Origin: Squalus acanthias
Lineage: Eukaryota
Length of the DNA stretch: 64,000 bases
Assembly (NCBI GenBank): GCA_030390025.1
Contig: CM059431.1
Location: 116,376,001-116,440,000, forward strand
Reading direction: 5' to 3'
This document shows positions 1 to 14,235 of this stretch, in pieces (positions within the stretch are counted from its first letter, which is position 1; each line of letters opens with the position of its first letter). Below the pieces are notes generated by a model that did no database searches, was not told where the DNA came from, and worked only from the letters and a program-made list of their open reading frames with translations. The position numbers and the translations under genes were made by a program.

Positions 1-1935
1 AGTACCCTAGGATGTAGATTATCAGGCCCTGGGGATTTATCGGCCTTCAGTCCCGTCAATTTCCCTAACACCATTTCCCTGCAAATACTGATTTCTTTCA
101 GTTCCTCCCTTTCATCAGACCGTATGTTCTCCAACATCTCTGGGATGTTATTTGTGTCCTCCTTTGTGAAGACAGAACCAAAATATGCATTTAATTGGGC
201 TGCCATTTCTTTGTTCCCCATTATAACTTACCCCGCTTCTGACTGCAAGGGACCTACACTTGATTTCACTAATCTTTTTCTCTTCACATATCTATAAAAG
301 CTCTTACAGTCAGTTTTTATGTTCCCAGCAAGCTTACTTTCATATTCTATTTTCCCCTTCTTAATTAATCCCTTTGGCCTCCTTTGTTGAATCCTAAACT
401 GCTCCCAATCCTCAGGGTTACCGCTTTTTCTGGCCAATTTATATGCCCTCTCCTTGAATCTTATGCTATCCCTAATTTCCCTTGTTAGCCACGGTTGAGT
501 CACCCTTTTTGTTTTATTCTTATGCCACACAGGGATGAACAAATTCTGTAGTTCATCCATGCAGTCTTTGAATGTTTGCCATTGCCTATCCACCGTCAAC
601 CCTTTGAGTGACATTCCCCAATCAATCCTACCCAATTCACGCCTCATGCCATCGTAGTTTCCTTTATTTAAATTCAGGACCCTAGTCTCTGATTCAACTA
701 CTTCACTCTCCATCCTAATGAAGAATTCTATCATATTATGATCACTCTGACCCAAGGGGCCTCGTACAACAAGGTTGCTAATTAATTCTTTCTCGTTACA
801 TAATACCCAGTCTAAGATGGCCTGATCTCTGGTTGGTTCCTCGACATATTGTTCCAGAAAACCATCCCGTAAACATTCTAGGAATTCCTCCTCCACCGTA
901 TTTTTACTAATTTGGTTAGCCCAATCTATATGTAAATTAAAGTCACCCATGATGACTGCTGTGCCCTTACTGCATGCTTCTCTAATTTCCCTTTTAATGC
1001 CATCCCCAACCTCCGTATTACTGTTTGGAGGTCTATATACCACTCCCACTAACGTTTTCTGCCCCTTGTTATTTCTCAGTTCTACCCATACAGATTCTGC
1101 ATCATCAGAGCTAATAACCTTCCTTTCAATTGTGTTAATCCCCTCTTTAACCAGCAATGCTACCCCACCTCCCTTTCTTTTTTGCCTATCTTTCCTAAAT
1201 ATTGAATAACCCTGGATGTTGAGTTCCCAGCCTTGGCCACCCTGGAGCCATGTTTCTGTAATCCCAATCAAATCGTATTCATTTACCTCTATTTGCGCAG
1301 CTAATTCATCCACCTTGTTCCGAATGCTCCTTGCATTAAGACACAAAGCCTTCAGGCTTGTTTTTTTAACGCTCTCAGACCTATATGAATTATTATTTAC
1401 TGTGACCATGTTTGATTTAAACCGTTGAGTTCTTTGCCTTCTACTTTTGTTTTTCTCCTTCCTGTCTTTAGCTTTTATCCTTGTTCCCTTTCCTCTGTCT
1501 CCCTGCTCAGGTTCCCACCCCCCTGCCACTTTCGTTTAAACCCTCCCCAACAGCACTAGCAAACACTCCCCCTAGGACATCGGTCCCGGCCCTGCCCAGG
1601 CGCAGACCGTCCCGTTTGTACTGGTCCCACCTCCCCCAAAACCGGTTCCAACGTCCAAGGAATTTGAATCCCTCCCCCTTGCACCATTCCTCTAGCCATG
1701 TATTCATTTGAAATATCCTCCTATTTCTACTCTGACTAGCACGTGGCACTGGTAGCAATCCTGAGATTACTACCTTTGAGGTCCTATTTTTAATTTACCT
1801 CCTAACTCCCTATATTCTGCTTTTAGGACCTCATCCCATTTTTTACCTATATCGTTGATGCCTATGTGCACCACGACAACTGGCTGTTCGCCCTCCCCCT
1901 CCAAAATGTTCTGTAGCCGCTCCGAGACGTCCAAT
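1..1935 (-). mobile_element. CR1 LINE, 5' part: ORF1 esterase remnants and ORF2 APE endonuclease, continuing off the window
   Basis: ORF 228-1529 has the APE motifs LNARS, ITETW, GVVYRPP, MGDFN and SDH. ORFs 1507-1976 have SGNH-esterase-like VVVHIGINDIG and DGLRL, typical of CR1 ORF1. Confidence 0.9.
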
Positions 1936-3590
1936 GAGGTGACACTGGATAGAGAGTTTACTCCAAACACTTGCAACCTGCATAAAGCTCAATCTGTCTT
2001 CCAAATGCAGTAAGCAACAGCTTCTGAGCTGGAAAGTGAACAGCTGTGCGATGGGAGCTTTTATAGCACATTTACAGCTGTCAAGTAATGAGATGATCCC
2101 ATGGCCATACAACTCCTTACCTGCTTACCTGACGTGATCCCCGAGCAGCATGGACCCCACGGGCAACCTCATAAAATGGTAAGGTGAGCTCTAAATACTT
2201 TTAATGGGCTGTTAGCAAGGTCATAATGACCTGAATTGCCTCCCTCGTCGCTACGTGTCCCGACCCGCTGTCAAAAAAAAATTCCCACCCAACCCGCCAC
2301 TGAACGCACCCACTGACCCCCCCAAAATTCCCCCCTTTATGAGAGTGATGTTGTTTCTTTAATATGTGGAAGAAGTGCTTACAATGACAAGATGATCACA
2401 AACACATTTCAGATGCAAAGCCCTGAAAGCAGTGCAGATGGGCAGCCAAGAACAGAAGAGGAAATAGGGGAGTTTAAAAGTGTTAAGGCTGATCTCAGTT
2501 GAGTGGTAATCCAAATCATCAGAGTCAAAATATCTGTATTTCAATGTGGACACATGCTGGAATAAAATGTGCATGACAAGGCAGCCATGAGCTGTGTTTT
2601 TAAAAAAACCTAATTAGAGCTGGTTAGTCAGTGCATGAAAGATGCCAACAGGAAACTGAGAGATTAAAACAGCATTTTACAGCAGTCAGATGTAATGTTT
2701 GGTGACGGTTAGTGTTGGCATTTAGATCTGGAGGCATATTAAGTCACTGCAAATACATTTGGGTTTATCAGTGGTTCTGCAGATCTAAATTCTACCAGTT
2801 CTAATTACATACTGCAGAGATTTTAAGACCATGGTTTACTCGAGCTGCTGATTCTCTAATGGCTAAAACGTACCAGCATATAATTGGTTTGCTGTCATAT
2901 TACAAATGTTTCATCGTGTTTTTCATTTTGTGCTTTGTTTATGGAAAACTTTAAGCACTACAGCAGAAACGGAAAAAGATGGGCAATATGTATTAAGGAA
3001 CATACGCAGTATCATTTGGAAGGAGGACTTTAAAGTGGAAGGACCATTTCAGTAAGTACTTCAAGATCACATAATACTGTTGTTGAAGGACTAATGGCAC
3101 AAGCTAACCTATAAAAGCAGATACTACGCGGAACCACAGTTCCACTGCATCATGTTAATGTGCAGTAAGATTGGCATGATACAAATCTCGTCAAAACGCA
3201 TTGCTGCGTCTTTTGCGATAAGGTGATGATGCACAGTTCTTCAGGCTTTTCTCCATTCCCAACCAAAAGAAGAGGCTTGATAGACAGTTTTACATGAAGA
3301 TAATGTTTTTTAGTCCTTCAGTGTGGATGTATCAACCACATGGATGGAGCACATTAGCTTTCACTGTCCACTCTGACAATCGTGCTGGCGAACTATCAAC
3401 CCAGATTGGAATAGAAACACAGCCCATGAGTCTATAGAGCTTCTGAAAAAAAAACTTGTTAAAACTGCAGAAGGTTTGGTCCTGTGGTTTACACCATGAT
3501 CTAAACCCACTGGCAAAATGATTGCCTTGTAATCAGCCAGGCATAATTATTCTCTTTATGATATTCCTAAGAGCAATATAATTCCTGTAA

Positions 3591-4955
3591 TAAAAACAGA
3601 AAATGCTGGAAATACTCAGCAGGTCAGGCAGCATCTGTGGAGAGAGAAACAGAGTTAACGTTTCAGGTCGATGACCCTTTGTCAGAACTGGAAAAAGTTG
3701 GAGATGGAACAGGTTTTTAAGCAAGTGCAGGGGCAGGGAAAGGGGGGAGGGGAGGAAAGAACAAAAGGGAAGGTCTGTGATAGGATGGAAGGCAGGAGAG
3801 ATGAAGAGATAAACAGGATGATGGTGCAGGCAAAAGGAGATGTTAATGGGACAAGTTAAGAAACAAAGGATGACTCTAGATGAAGTGTAAATGGCAGAAT
3901 GATCGACAGCTGCCATGTGAGAGAGAGAGTAAAACAAGATAGGGGCCGAGGTTATGGTCTGAAATTGTTGAACTCGATGTTGAGTCCAGAAGGCTGTAAA
4001 GTGCTTAATCGAAAGTTAAGGTGCTGCTCCTCGAGCTTATGTTGAGCTTCATTGGAACAGTGTAAGAGGCCGAGGACCGAGAGGTCAGAGTGGGAGTGGA
4101 GCAGAGTGTTAAAGTGACAGGCGACCGGAAGCTTGGGGTCACCCTTACAGACTGAACGGAGGTGTCCCACAAAGCAGTCACCCAATCTGAGTTTGGTCTC
4201 TCCAATGTAGAGGAGACCACATCGTGAGCAGCGAATACAGTATACTAAATTGCAAGAAGTACAAGTAAATCGCTGTTTCACCTGGAAGGAGTGTTTGGGG
4301 CCCTGGACAGTGGGAAGGGAGGAGGTAAAAGGGCAGGTGTTGCATCTCCTGTGCTTGCACGTGAAGATGCCAGGCGAAGGGGAAGGGGTGTTGGGGATGA
4401 TAGAGGAGTGGACCAGGGTGTCGTGGAGGGAGCGGTCCCTTCGGAATGCTGAAAGGGGAGGTGAGGGGAAGATGTCTTTGGTGGTGGGATCACGCTGGAG
4501 GTGGCAGAAATGGCGGAGGATGATCCATTGAATGTGGAGGCTGGTGGGGTGAAAGGTGAGGACAAGGGGAACCCTATCGTGGTTCCGGGAGGGGAAGAGT
4601 TGAGAGCAGAAGTGCGGGAAATAGAACAGACACAGTCGAGGGCCTGTGTCAACCATGGTAGAGGGGAATCCTCAGTTGAGGTAAAAGGAAGACATGTCGG
4701 AAGCACTGGTATGGAAGGTGGCACTGTCAGAGCAGATGCGGCGGAGACGGAGAAACTGGGAGAATGGAATAGATTTCTTACAGGAAGCGGGGTGAGAGGA
4801 ATTGTAGTCCAGGTAGCTGTGGGAGTCAGTGGGCTTATAGTGAATGTTTGTCAATTGCCTATCCCCAGAGATGGAGACAGAGAAGTCGAGAAAGGGAAGG
4901 GAAGAGTCAGAGATGGACCGTGTGAAAGTGAGGGAAGGGTGAAAATTGGAAGCAG
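3591..4955 (-). mobile_element. Penelope-like retroelement, 5'-truncated (RT C-terminus, GIY-YIG endonuclease, terminal repeat)
   Basis: FLDFSVS..YKPTD..YLDYNSSHP marks the RT end; CRRCNTC and NLVYCIRC..LYIGET mark GIY-YIG. Flanked by direct repeat ATAATTCCTGTAA (3578-3590, 4956-4968). Confidence 0.9.
3655..3685 (-). ncRNA. Minimal hammerhead ribozyme motif in Penelope terminus, one core substitution
   Basis: Minus strand CTGACAA-AGGGTC-ATC-GACCT-GAAACGTTA; the core CUGANGA reads CUGACAA. Confidence 0.6.
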
Positions 4956-5379
4956 ATAATTCCTGTAAAACCAGCTGCCCCGTGTTACTTTTTTCTTTAA
5001 AAATCACACTTCCTTTAAATTGACCCGATTATTTACTTGACCAAGCTTTCTAATGTTATTTGCAACAACTCATTCTGTCATATGATATGGAGGTACAGGG
5101 AAAAATTCAAATGGCCTTACTTATTAGTAATCAGGCTGTGTATTATTTTTAATAGATGTGTTTGTATGTGGGTTGTAAGAAATTCCTTTATCCATTATTT
5201 CAATGAAGGTTATCCTCAAATGGATAAAGTAATTGACAGAGAAATTTCATGCAACCATGGTAACCTATTCATTAATAATACTTCAAAGCTTAGATTCAAC
5301 CTTATCTTTTTTACTATCTGAACAATAAAGGATGGGGGTGGGGGTAGATAACAGTGCAATGTACATATCACAAGATCAC

Positions 5380-5990
5380 AAAATGTTTATAGAACCACTA
5401 AAACTTTATCTGGGAGTCCATTTCATGTGTTGATAACTCTCTGTATGAAGAAAAATTTCCTGCTATTAGTCCTAAACTTACCTTTTACTAGTTTGAACCT
5501 ATGACCCCTTGTCCTACTCTCACAATTGAATTTAAAGTAATTCTCCAGAATTACTTTTTCCATACTGTTTACAATCTTCTGCAACTCGAGAAGATCACTT
5601 CTCAGGCAGCTCTTTCAAGGCTGTAAAACCTAAGTTTCTCCAGTCTTTCCTCATAACTGAAATCTCTAAGACTGTGGCTCAGCCTTGTGGCCCTTCTTTG
5701 CACTGTTTCCAATGTATGAATGTCTCCCTTGTAGCTCATTGACCAGAACTGGATACAGTACTGACCACAGCACTATACAGTTTGATCATGACTTCCTCTG
5801 ACTTGGATTCTACTGCTTTGACTATATAGTTTAACATTCTATTGGATTTGTTTCTGCTATGCATTGGTGAGTGTAAAGTCTACGAACACTCCTAGCTCTC
5901 TTCCAACTTCATCCTTTCGCTATTTCAATACCTTTCATGGAGTACATGTGTTGTCTATTTTTTGTCTAATGTGCAATGCTTTACATTTAT
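5380..5990 (-). mobile_element. Old degenerate CR1 3' fragment
   Basis: Resembles the reverse complement of the CR1 RT C-terminus (GACCAGAACTGGATACAGTA, AGATCACTTCTCAG). Confidence 0.6.
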
Positions 5991-5994
5991 CTTG

Positions 5995-6115
5995 ATGCGG
6001 AGATGCCGGTGTTGGACTGGGGTGGACAAAAATGAGAATTCGCACAACACCAGGTTATAGTCCAACAGTTTTATTTGAAATTACGAGCTTTCGGAGCTCT
6101 GCTCCTTCTTCAGGT
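5995..6115 (-). repeat. Penelope-type terminal repeat with intact minimal hammerhead core (6085-6113)
   Basis: Minus strand CTGAAGA-AGGAGC-AGA-GCTCC-GAAAGCTC, then TGTTGGACTATAACCTGG. Same family as the copy split at 16665-16721/33625-33660. Confidence 0.7.
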
Positions 6116-6439
6116 ACAGGTACAGTGAGGGAATACAAATCGATTACACAGTATATAGAGACAGAGAACAATGTGTCTGCAGAGATACAATCCGTCAGGG
6201 ACACATCAAAGACACATCAGAGTGCAGCTAAGACAATGAGGTGGGTCACAGGGGGTCCAACGTGTCAAATGCTGCCATCTGCAGTTAAGCTTTTAACTTT
6301 TTTTTTAAACTGGACATCGCTGTCTGTTTTTCCAGTTTTTTAATTGGCCTGCTAAGGCCAGAAGTCGATGGAGGCGGGACTAAAACCCGACAAGTGAGTC
6401 CAGCCTCCAAAAGCTCCCCATTGGCAAAATCACCCCCGA

Positions 6440-6590
6440 TGAGTTTAACTAATAGCCTTTCATGTGGAATGTCATCTGGAGATCTATTTGTAGGGCTTAC
6501 CATAGTCCAGCTAGAATGTCACTTCCTCAAAGAAGTCGAGGAGGTTGGTCAATTAGAATCTTCCCCTTCTCGATTCATGTTGGCTGCTGT
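6440..6590 (-). mobile_element. Old CR1 RT fragment
   Basis: Minus strand reads LTNLLDFFEEVT..LDYGKP..IPHERLLVKL. Confidence 0.65.
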
Positions 6591-6629
6591 TAACTAAGTT
6601 ATTATTGCACAGATAATCTTCAGGTTTAC

Positions 6630-7770
6630 ATTATGCTTGCTGGCCTACATTGGCTCCTGGTCCGGCAATGCCTCGATTTGAAAATCCTCATTCTTGTGTT
6701 CAAATCCCTCCATGGTCTCGCTTCTCCCTATCTCTGTAACTTCCTCCAGCCATACAACCCTCCGAGATCTCTGCGCTCCTCCAATTCTGGCCTCTTGCGC
6801 ATTCCCTTTGCTCCACCATTGGTGGCTGTGCCTTCAGCTGCCTAGGCCTTAAGCTCTAGAATTCCCTCCCTAAACCTCTCCACCTCTTTACCAATCTCTC
6901 CTTCTTTAAGTTGTTCCTTAAAACCTAACTCTTTGACCAAGCTTTTGGTCACCTGTCCTAATGGCCCTGAATTTGCAGTCAGAGGCTTCCCGCAGGGAAA
7001 TGCCTCCGATCCGCAAATAAAATGCCCGCGTGCCTGGTGGTCCGGGAGGTACGGAGACTCATGGTCCTGGTCCTCTCCGGGCACCCGCGGGTAGAGGCCC
7101 ACGTATCCCAGGGGCGCACGCGGTTCGCAAGTGCCCCTGGGATCACGTGGTCCAGCCCAACAAATGAAAGAAGAGAATCCCCATTCATACTAATGGGGAT
7201 TCCGTATGTACAGAACCTCCATAAGTATGAATGAGAATACCCCAAAAAATACCTCTACACATCAAATACATTTAAAAAAAATCACATATTTAAAATTAAT
7301 TAAAATGGCATTTAATTAAATATTTAAAACAAAAAATAATTTTTTTGAAAAATAAATTTAAATGTTTTAAAGGGGCTAAAAATAAACTTACCTTATTGTA
7401 CAGGTTTTTACTGTTTAAATGTATTTTTATGTTTTTTTAAATCTTGCGCTGGTAAAAGCAGGCCTTATGCCTGCTTTTACCTGGCGTAAGAATTTCACAG
7501 GCATTCGCTGGGCAGAAGTTGGGCAAATAGCCCAACTCTCCGCCCACAGAGGCCCATCTCCCAGGGATGCAGAGGATCTGTCAAGAAGATTCTTGACAGA
7601 TCGCAAGTTCCGGGTTTTCGTGCATGCGTGGCCCTGGCGGGTGCCGTACGCATCCATAGGGGCCACAAATTACAGCCCATTAGCTTTTTATGTGGCTTGG
7701 TGTCAAATTTTGTCTGAGAACGCTCCTGTAAAGCACCTCGGGATGTTTTACTACATTAAATTTGTTGTTG
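6630..7770 (+). mobile_element. L2 LINE 3' end, interrupted by a MITE
   Basis: LHWL...KILILVFKSLHG..PYL is the L2 RT C-terminus. The tail resumes after about 7680 and ends in (TGT)n. Confidence 0.75.
6963..7678. mobile_element. Non-autonomous DNA transposon (Harbinger-like MITE)
   Basis: Imperfect TIRs GGCCCTGAATTTG / CAAATTACAGCCC; it splits the L2 tail. Confidence 0.55.
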
Positions 7771-7789
7771 ATGATAGATTCCATAATTT

Positions 7790-8180
7790 TACATGGAACA
7801 CTCCCTCCACCACCGGCGTACTGTGGCTGCAGTGTGTACCATCTACAAGATACACTACAGCAACTCGCCAAGGCTTCTTCGACAGCACCTCCCAAACCTG
7901 CGACCTCTACCACCTAGAAGGACAAGGGCAACAGAAGCATGGGAACACCAGCACCTGCAAGTTCCCCTCCAAGTCACACACCATCCTGACTTGGAAATAT
8001 ATCGCCATTCCTTCATCGTCGGTGGGTCAAAATACTGGAACTCCCTCCCTAACAGCACTATGGGATTATCTTCACCACATGGACATGCTCAATGCCACCT
8101 TCTCAAGGGTAATTAGGGATGGGCAATAAATGCTGGCTTTTCCAACGACACTCATATCCTGGGAATGTATAAAAAAAAGA
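7790..8180 (+). mobile_element. LINE (CR1-group) 3' fragment
   Basis: HSLHHRRTVAAV..WNSLP followed by an A-rich tail; same family as 47640-48620. Confidence 0.75.
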
Positions 8181-8287
8181 CTAATGGGTCTGTAGTTCTT
8201 TGTGTTTGTTTTATCCCAATCGGGCACCAAACTGGCTTGTTTCCAATTTACTCTGGGATAAGTATCATCTATCTTTGGGAAGACACT

Positions 8288-8614
8288 GGGCTGGATTTTG
8301 AATGACCCATGGAGTCGGGTTTGGAGGCGTGTGGGGGGTTAAATTTGCAGGGTCGGGGTTTCCGACTCCATCCCACCTCCACGCAATTTTGACAAAATCA
8401 GTCGCGGGGTTCCCGACTCCGTCCCGCCTCCAAGAGGCGGGAGAGGCCATTAAAGCCCTTAACAAGCTCTAAATTGGCTTTGTAATGCCATTTTGAAACG
8501 TTTTAGCTAGTTTAACCCTTTTCTGACGTGAAGCACGCCTGGTGTGAAACACTCCAGTGAAACCTGGCGGGAGCACAAGTGGATAGCTGACTATCGGCTG
8601 CAGGTCCACTATTA

Positions 8615-8663
<49 letters not shown>

Positions 8664-8941
8664 CTCCTCCCCCCCCCCTTAGAGCTGCTGCTCATTTTGC
8701 ATCCAGGTCCTCTCACAGCAAAGGCCAGGCAGTCTCTGTCCTGCAATGCAGCAACAATGATGACATCATCAAAGGCGACTTTCAGACTCAAACCATCAAT
8801 TGGTTCATGGGTTCATGCTGGAACTCAATTGCCCAATTAGGTGAAAATTGCATCAATCTCCCACATCCAATTGCAGTCGGGTGGATAACACGAAATGCGG
8901 ATGACACAACCCCAACCCGCCCCAGTATCAAAATCCAGCCC
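8288..8941. mobile_element. MITE with 12-bp TIRs
   Basis: GGGCTGGATTTT ... AAAATCCAGCCC, with an internal (CT)n. Confidence 0.65.
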
Positions 8942-10865
8942 GAACATCTACCTTGTCAAGCCCCCTCAGTATCTTATATGTTTCAATAAGATCACCTCTC
9001 ATTCTTCTAAATTCCAATGAGTATAGGCCCAGCCTGTTCAACCTTTCTTCATAAATCAACCCCCTCATCTCTGGAATTAACCTAGTGAATCGTCTCTGAG
9101 CTGCCTCCAATGTAAGTATATCCTTCCTTAAACAAGGAGAGCAAAACTGTACGCAATACTTAAGGTGTTGTCTCATCAATACCTTGTACAGTTGCAGCAG
9201 GACTTCCCTGCTTTTATATTCCAACCCCCTTGCAATAAAGGCCAACATTCCATTTGCCTTTTTGATTACTTGCTGTACCTGCATGCCAACTTTTTGTGTT
9301 TGATGCACAAGGACCCCCAGGTCCCTCTGAACTGTAGCATTTTGTAATCTCTCTCCATTTAAATAATAATTTGCTTTTTTATTTTTCCTGCCAAAATGGA
9401 TAACCTCGCACTTTCCCACATTATACTCCAGCTGCCAAATGTTTGCCCACTCATTTAGCCTGTCTATATCCCTTTGCAGATTCTTTTGGGTGAAAATTTG
9501 GTAGCGCCCCCTGGTGCTACCTTCACCAGGGTGCTAATTTTAGCAGCCCGAAAAAGTTAGCGCCCCTGTGGCCAATTTTCCCAGGTAGCGCCCCGAGAGG
9601 GAGGAGGGGTGCTACTGGAAGTGCCCCGCATCCCTCTTGGGGCGCTGCGAGGCAATATCGCGGCGCTATGTGCCGCGGTACTGCAGGCCTTCCTCCCCTT
9701 CTTAAAGAGGAGGGGCCTGGCGCAGCCCGTCCTGTCGCCCAGCTGGGCCACCAGGGATCGGGAGTGCCTGCAAACGAGCCCGGCACTCAAGAGGAGTGCT
9801 GGGCTCACGGAGAGCAGCCGGCACCCCGTGGGGGGCTTCACGGGGGCCGGGGACAGCAACGGGGGCAGGTGCTGGCAGGCGGCCAGCAACAAAAATGGCA
9901 GCCCGCCACCTCCCCTATAACTAGCGCCGCCCCGGCCGCAAGTAGGCCCCCCTGAACCCATCAGACATAGTGTCCGGTGGTAAGTCGGGGGCGCCACCCA
10001 ACATTACAGCCAGGGCACCAGCGGGATGATACGCATGACGATGACGTCATCGCCAGTGGCGCAGCACCGCGCAGCACAGCGCCGCCGCTAACCTCCCGCT
10101 GAATTTCACGAGTGACGTTAGCGGTATCGTGCCCAGGTGCTAGTTGAGTTGCGCCCCATTGACACCTTCTTAGGGCGCTAACGGGAGGCGCAAATCACCC
10201 GAATTTAGCCCCCTTTGAGTCCTCTGCACAACTTGCTTTCCCACCCATCTTTGTATCATCTGCAAACTTGGCTACGTTACACTCGGTCCCTTCATCCAAG
10301 TCATTAATGTAGATTGTAAATAGTTGAGGCCCCAGCACCGATCCCTGTGGCACCTCACTAGTTACCGTTTGCCAACCGGAAAATGACCCATTTATCCCGA
10401 CTCTCTGCTTTCTGTTAGTTAGCCAATTCTCTATCCATGCTAATATATTACCCCCAACTCCGTGAGCTCTTATCTTATACAGTAACCTTTTATGTGGCAC
10501 CTTATCGAATGCCTTCTGGAAACCCAAATACACCACATCCACTGGCTCACCTTTGTCCACCCTGCTCGTTACATCCTCAAAGAACTCCAGCAAGTTTGTT
10601 AAACATGATTTCCCTTTCATAAAACCATGCTGACTCTGCGTGACTGCATTATGATTTTCCAAATGCCCTGCTACTGCTTCCTTAATGAAGGACTCCAGCA
10701 TTTTCCCAACGACAGGTGTTAGGCTAACTGGTCTATAGTTTCCTGCTTTCTGTCTCCCTCCTTTCTTAAATAGGGGTGTTACATTTGCGGTTTTCCAATC
10801 TGCTGGGACCTCTCCAGAGTCCAGGGAATTTTGGTATATTGCAACCACTATCTCTGCAGCCACTT
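8942..10865 (-). mobile_element. CR1 RT fragment split by a MITE
   Basis: ORF 10195-10863 (NYRPVSLT, PQGSVLGP, FADD) and ORF 8928-9419 are consecutive CR1 RT parts. Confidence 0.9.
9487..10213. mobile_element. GC-rich Harbinger-like MITE
   Basis: Interrupts CR1 with an apparent TTT duplication; termini TGGGTGAAAATT / AATTTAGCCCCC; TTAGCGCC motifs. Confidence 0.7.
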
Positions 10866-13800
10866 CTTGTGCTTAGATTGGACTGTCATGTTTTTTTCTG
10901 TATATCTAGTAAAAATAGACTTCCTCTTCTGTTTCTATCTAACATGAATATGTGAGCATATGAAAAAAAGGCCAAGAAAAGACAATCAAGCCCATCAAAG
11001 TCACCAGTAGATAGTATTAAATCAAACACTGTTTTCCTACTCTCTGGTATGCTGGTTCCTGGAAAAATACAGAGAAAAGAAATCCTCTGGTCAATTCAGG
11101 AAACCACTGGGAAATTTGTCTCTGACTCCCTAAGGCAATCAAGGAGGCTCCAGGAGATTGTGACAAAAAACAGAAAATGCTGGAATCATTCAACTGTTCA
11201 GTCAGTATCTGTAGCGATAACAGACAAGTTCACGTTTCAAGTGTCGACACTTTGTCAGAGCTTGAAACATTAACTTGTCTGTTCTCTCCACAGATGTTAA
11301 CTTCTATGAATGTCATAAAGACTTATACATATAAAAAGATGGCAGGAACATAGCTTACGATTCCGTTGAAAGAATTCAGAATATATTCTTGCATCTCCGA
11401 ATCTTTTCGAAGAATTCTTACTGACAGCTGGTCAGTCAGCAACACTAGAGCATTTCTTATGTCATCTGACTCCTTAATATGGCACAGTCTTGTAAGATAC
11501 TTGTGTTATCCTATTTATTATAAATGGTGCAGGGTTGGCTTCTTTGGTTTTACAGGGGTCAGTGTTTCAAAACGTTTCAGTGCTAAGCTGTCTGAGCGTT
11601 TCAAGGACGAACTGCTTGCTCTTAAATTGCATCGGTCTTCCATAATTCATAGGAACATAAGTAAGTATGGAGCTCAAAAAGGTCCTTCAGTGCATCAAGA
11701 CTTTCCCCATTATAGTCTATAGCATGATAGGGAATGTGTTACATAGCCTATGCAGGGAATATCCCTCAATTTCTTGGGGAGGTAATCAGTCATGGGTAAA
11801 ACCTTAAAATAAGGGTCTGTAAAATTTCTCTTTGACCCCAAAGGTGCATATTAGTTCCAATCCAAAGGTGACGCAGCAGAGAATGAGCTATCGTGTTCTG
11901 AAGAGTATTTGGTCATCTGCATTCATTCTTATCTTTCTAAACTTAATCCTATTCTTAAACAGCTATTCATTTTTTAAAGGGAAGTTAATCAACACAGCAT
12001 TAATTATTTTGCTGGGAATCTAATCTTCTTGTTCACTATTCTGTGAGGAAAATCTTTTCTCTGATATCTAGCCACTCTTGAGGATTGTTGATTTTGTGCA
12101 CACGTTCTCTTGTACTGCATTCAGAGTCTTTACTCAATAACCTCTTTGCATTTCACCACTTATACGCCTGAGCACATAAAGAAAGCTAGATCATGTCTTC
12201 TCTCAATTCTCTTCTCTCCAACAAAAACAGGCTCAGTTCTGCAACTGTCTTTTAATATTTCGATCCCCAAGTCCCAGATACATCCATGTAACTCTTCTTT
12301 GCATTCCGCCCCTTTGAATCAATATCCTCTTGAAAGTTGGATACCCAACATTGCACACAATATTAACACAAAAATAACTTGAGTTTGGTTAAAAATAAAA
12401 TAAATATCCTTGCCATGCATCCCAGTAATAGATTAGCCCTGTTGATACCTTAATTGACTAGATACGTGCAGTGAACGGAAAACCTTTTCCTTTACACAAT
12501 TGCAAGATGGACATTGATAAGTTATAACTTTGTATTTAGGTAGCTTGGTGTATATGTTTATATGTACATACCTTTGTGTCATCAGCAAATTTTATAATAT
12601 ACTAGTAAATCTCCCATGGCATTGCTCATGCTGAATCCGAGGATGCAGTGGTATAGGGTGCAGTGGGCCTGCAGCACCTGCTAGTGGCTACAGCTTGCAA
12701 CTACATTGTCACTGAAACTTGTTTACATAGGGAAATCACATTATAACTGGTTAAATTGGCATTTTCAATGTCAAATGTTGACATAACGGGTGTGACCAAA
12801 ACTTGTGACAATAGCAAGTGAAGTTTGTGGACAGGAAATGTTTGCATACATGAGATTTTAAAAATAATTTAGATATACTACCAAGTAATCCAAGTATAGG
12901 AAGTATAGCTGTGAGCAAAGATTTCCTTTGTTGCTTAAATATAATGAACCCATTATTATAAAATTGGATCATGATTATGATTTGTTACACAAAGTGCAGA
13001 AGGACATCTTCCCCCATATTCTTAATAAAAGCTGTATTTTGAATCACAAAACAAGAAAAAAAATTAACACCACATTTTAACTGCTTGCTATAAAATAATA
13101 ATTAAATGTTTAGCAAAGCGGTACTACTATAACTATAAAAATGTATTAAGCCCATCGTGAATGATCCAAAAGGTTTTATGTTGCATTCGAGGTCAAAGTG
13201 GTGATTAAAGCAGAAATCAAACGCCAAGTCGTTTAATTAACTTGAGGTCCCCTTTTCCAGCATAAAGAACACTGACACATTCACTAAATGCATTATGTTC
13301 TGCTTAAGCTGTCATTATATTCATTTCGAGTAATATTTTTTATTCTCTATTATTTCTATTGGCAATTAGCATTTTTGAGTTTCTATTTATGACACTTTCC
13401 AATTGACATCAGGAACATGATTCTTTTCCTTAGAATGTTCACTTTATTTCTCCTTCCATTGTGATCTTTAAATAATTCAGAATTTGTGATTCATTCCAAA
13501 GGCTTTCTCCATGAATTAATGACGACCAGTCATCTGGTTAGGGACCCATACAGTTTAACCAAACTGTATTACTGTTTAGTCGCACTGTAACAACATTGCT
13601 AGAAATAATTATATTATGCGTACAAAAAGGCTGTACTCTACCATAATGACCGATAATGTGTAGCATCACTGGTCTGTGTTGAGTTAGCTAGGATGGTAGT
13701 GGGCTGGTCCAATTATTTTCAGTGTCCTTAGACAAAGGAAAAATCAGCCTTGGATCTTTATCTTATGGCATATGCTGGAAAGAGCATGTGTATGTTTGTC

Positions 13801-13989
13801 GATTGAGGATGGCTGTGATGGGAATAGGGGGAGCAAAGTTATCCCTGGGGTTAAGGCCAGCAAATTTTCTCAAAGGACGGGAGGGAATGGATTGGTAAGC
13901 TTCTCTTGCCTTTGCTAGGGTCAGAATATCATGGGAAGTGTGGTCACTGAACTCTTACGTGTTCACTCCTTCACCCCAACACATTGGCA

Positions 13990-14235
13990 GTCCTGCAGAC
14001 CTAGTAACAATGCTCTGAAATTTCCTCCCCAAACCTCCCTAATCTGCCTTGTCACCTCGTTCTCCTCTTTTAAGGTCTTATTGTAAACCCATCTCTTTAC
14101 CAAGCTTTTGGTCACCCTTTCTAATATCTCCTTCTGTGGCTCAGTATCCACTTCATTAATTATGCTTTTGCGAATTGCCTTGGGATTTGTTTTTATGTTA
14201 AAGACGTATTTTAAATACAAGTTGCTGTTGTTAAT
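13990..14235 (+). mobile_element. L2 3' tail fragment
   Basis: Similar to 6850-6960/7680-7770; ends in GTTGCTGTTG. Confidence 0.6.

Noticed and set aside
6336..6543. Exon-like open frame after a good acceptor (ORF 6394-6597)
   Set aside because: It is the antisense of an old CR1 RT fragment plus a MITE end.
9523..9997. Overlapping GC-rich ORFs in MITEs (also 41000-43700)
   Set aside because: Expected from high GC content; no domain signatures.
11556..11660. Candidate exon ending in GTAAGT
   Set aside because: The donor falls inside a decayed CR1 tail (CATAGGAACATAAG..), so support is weak.
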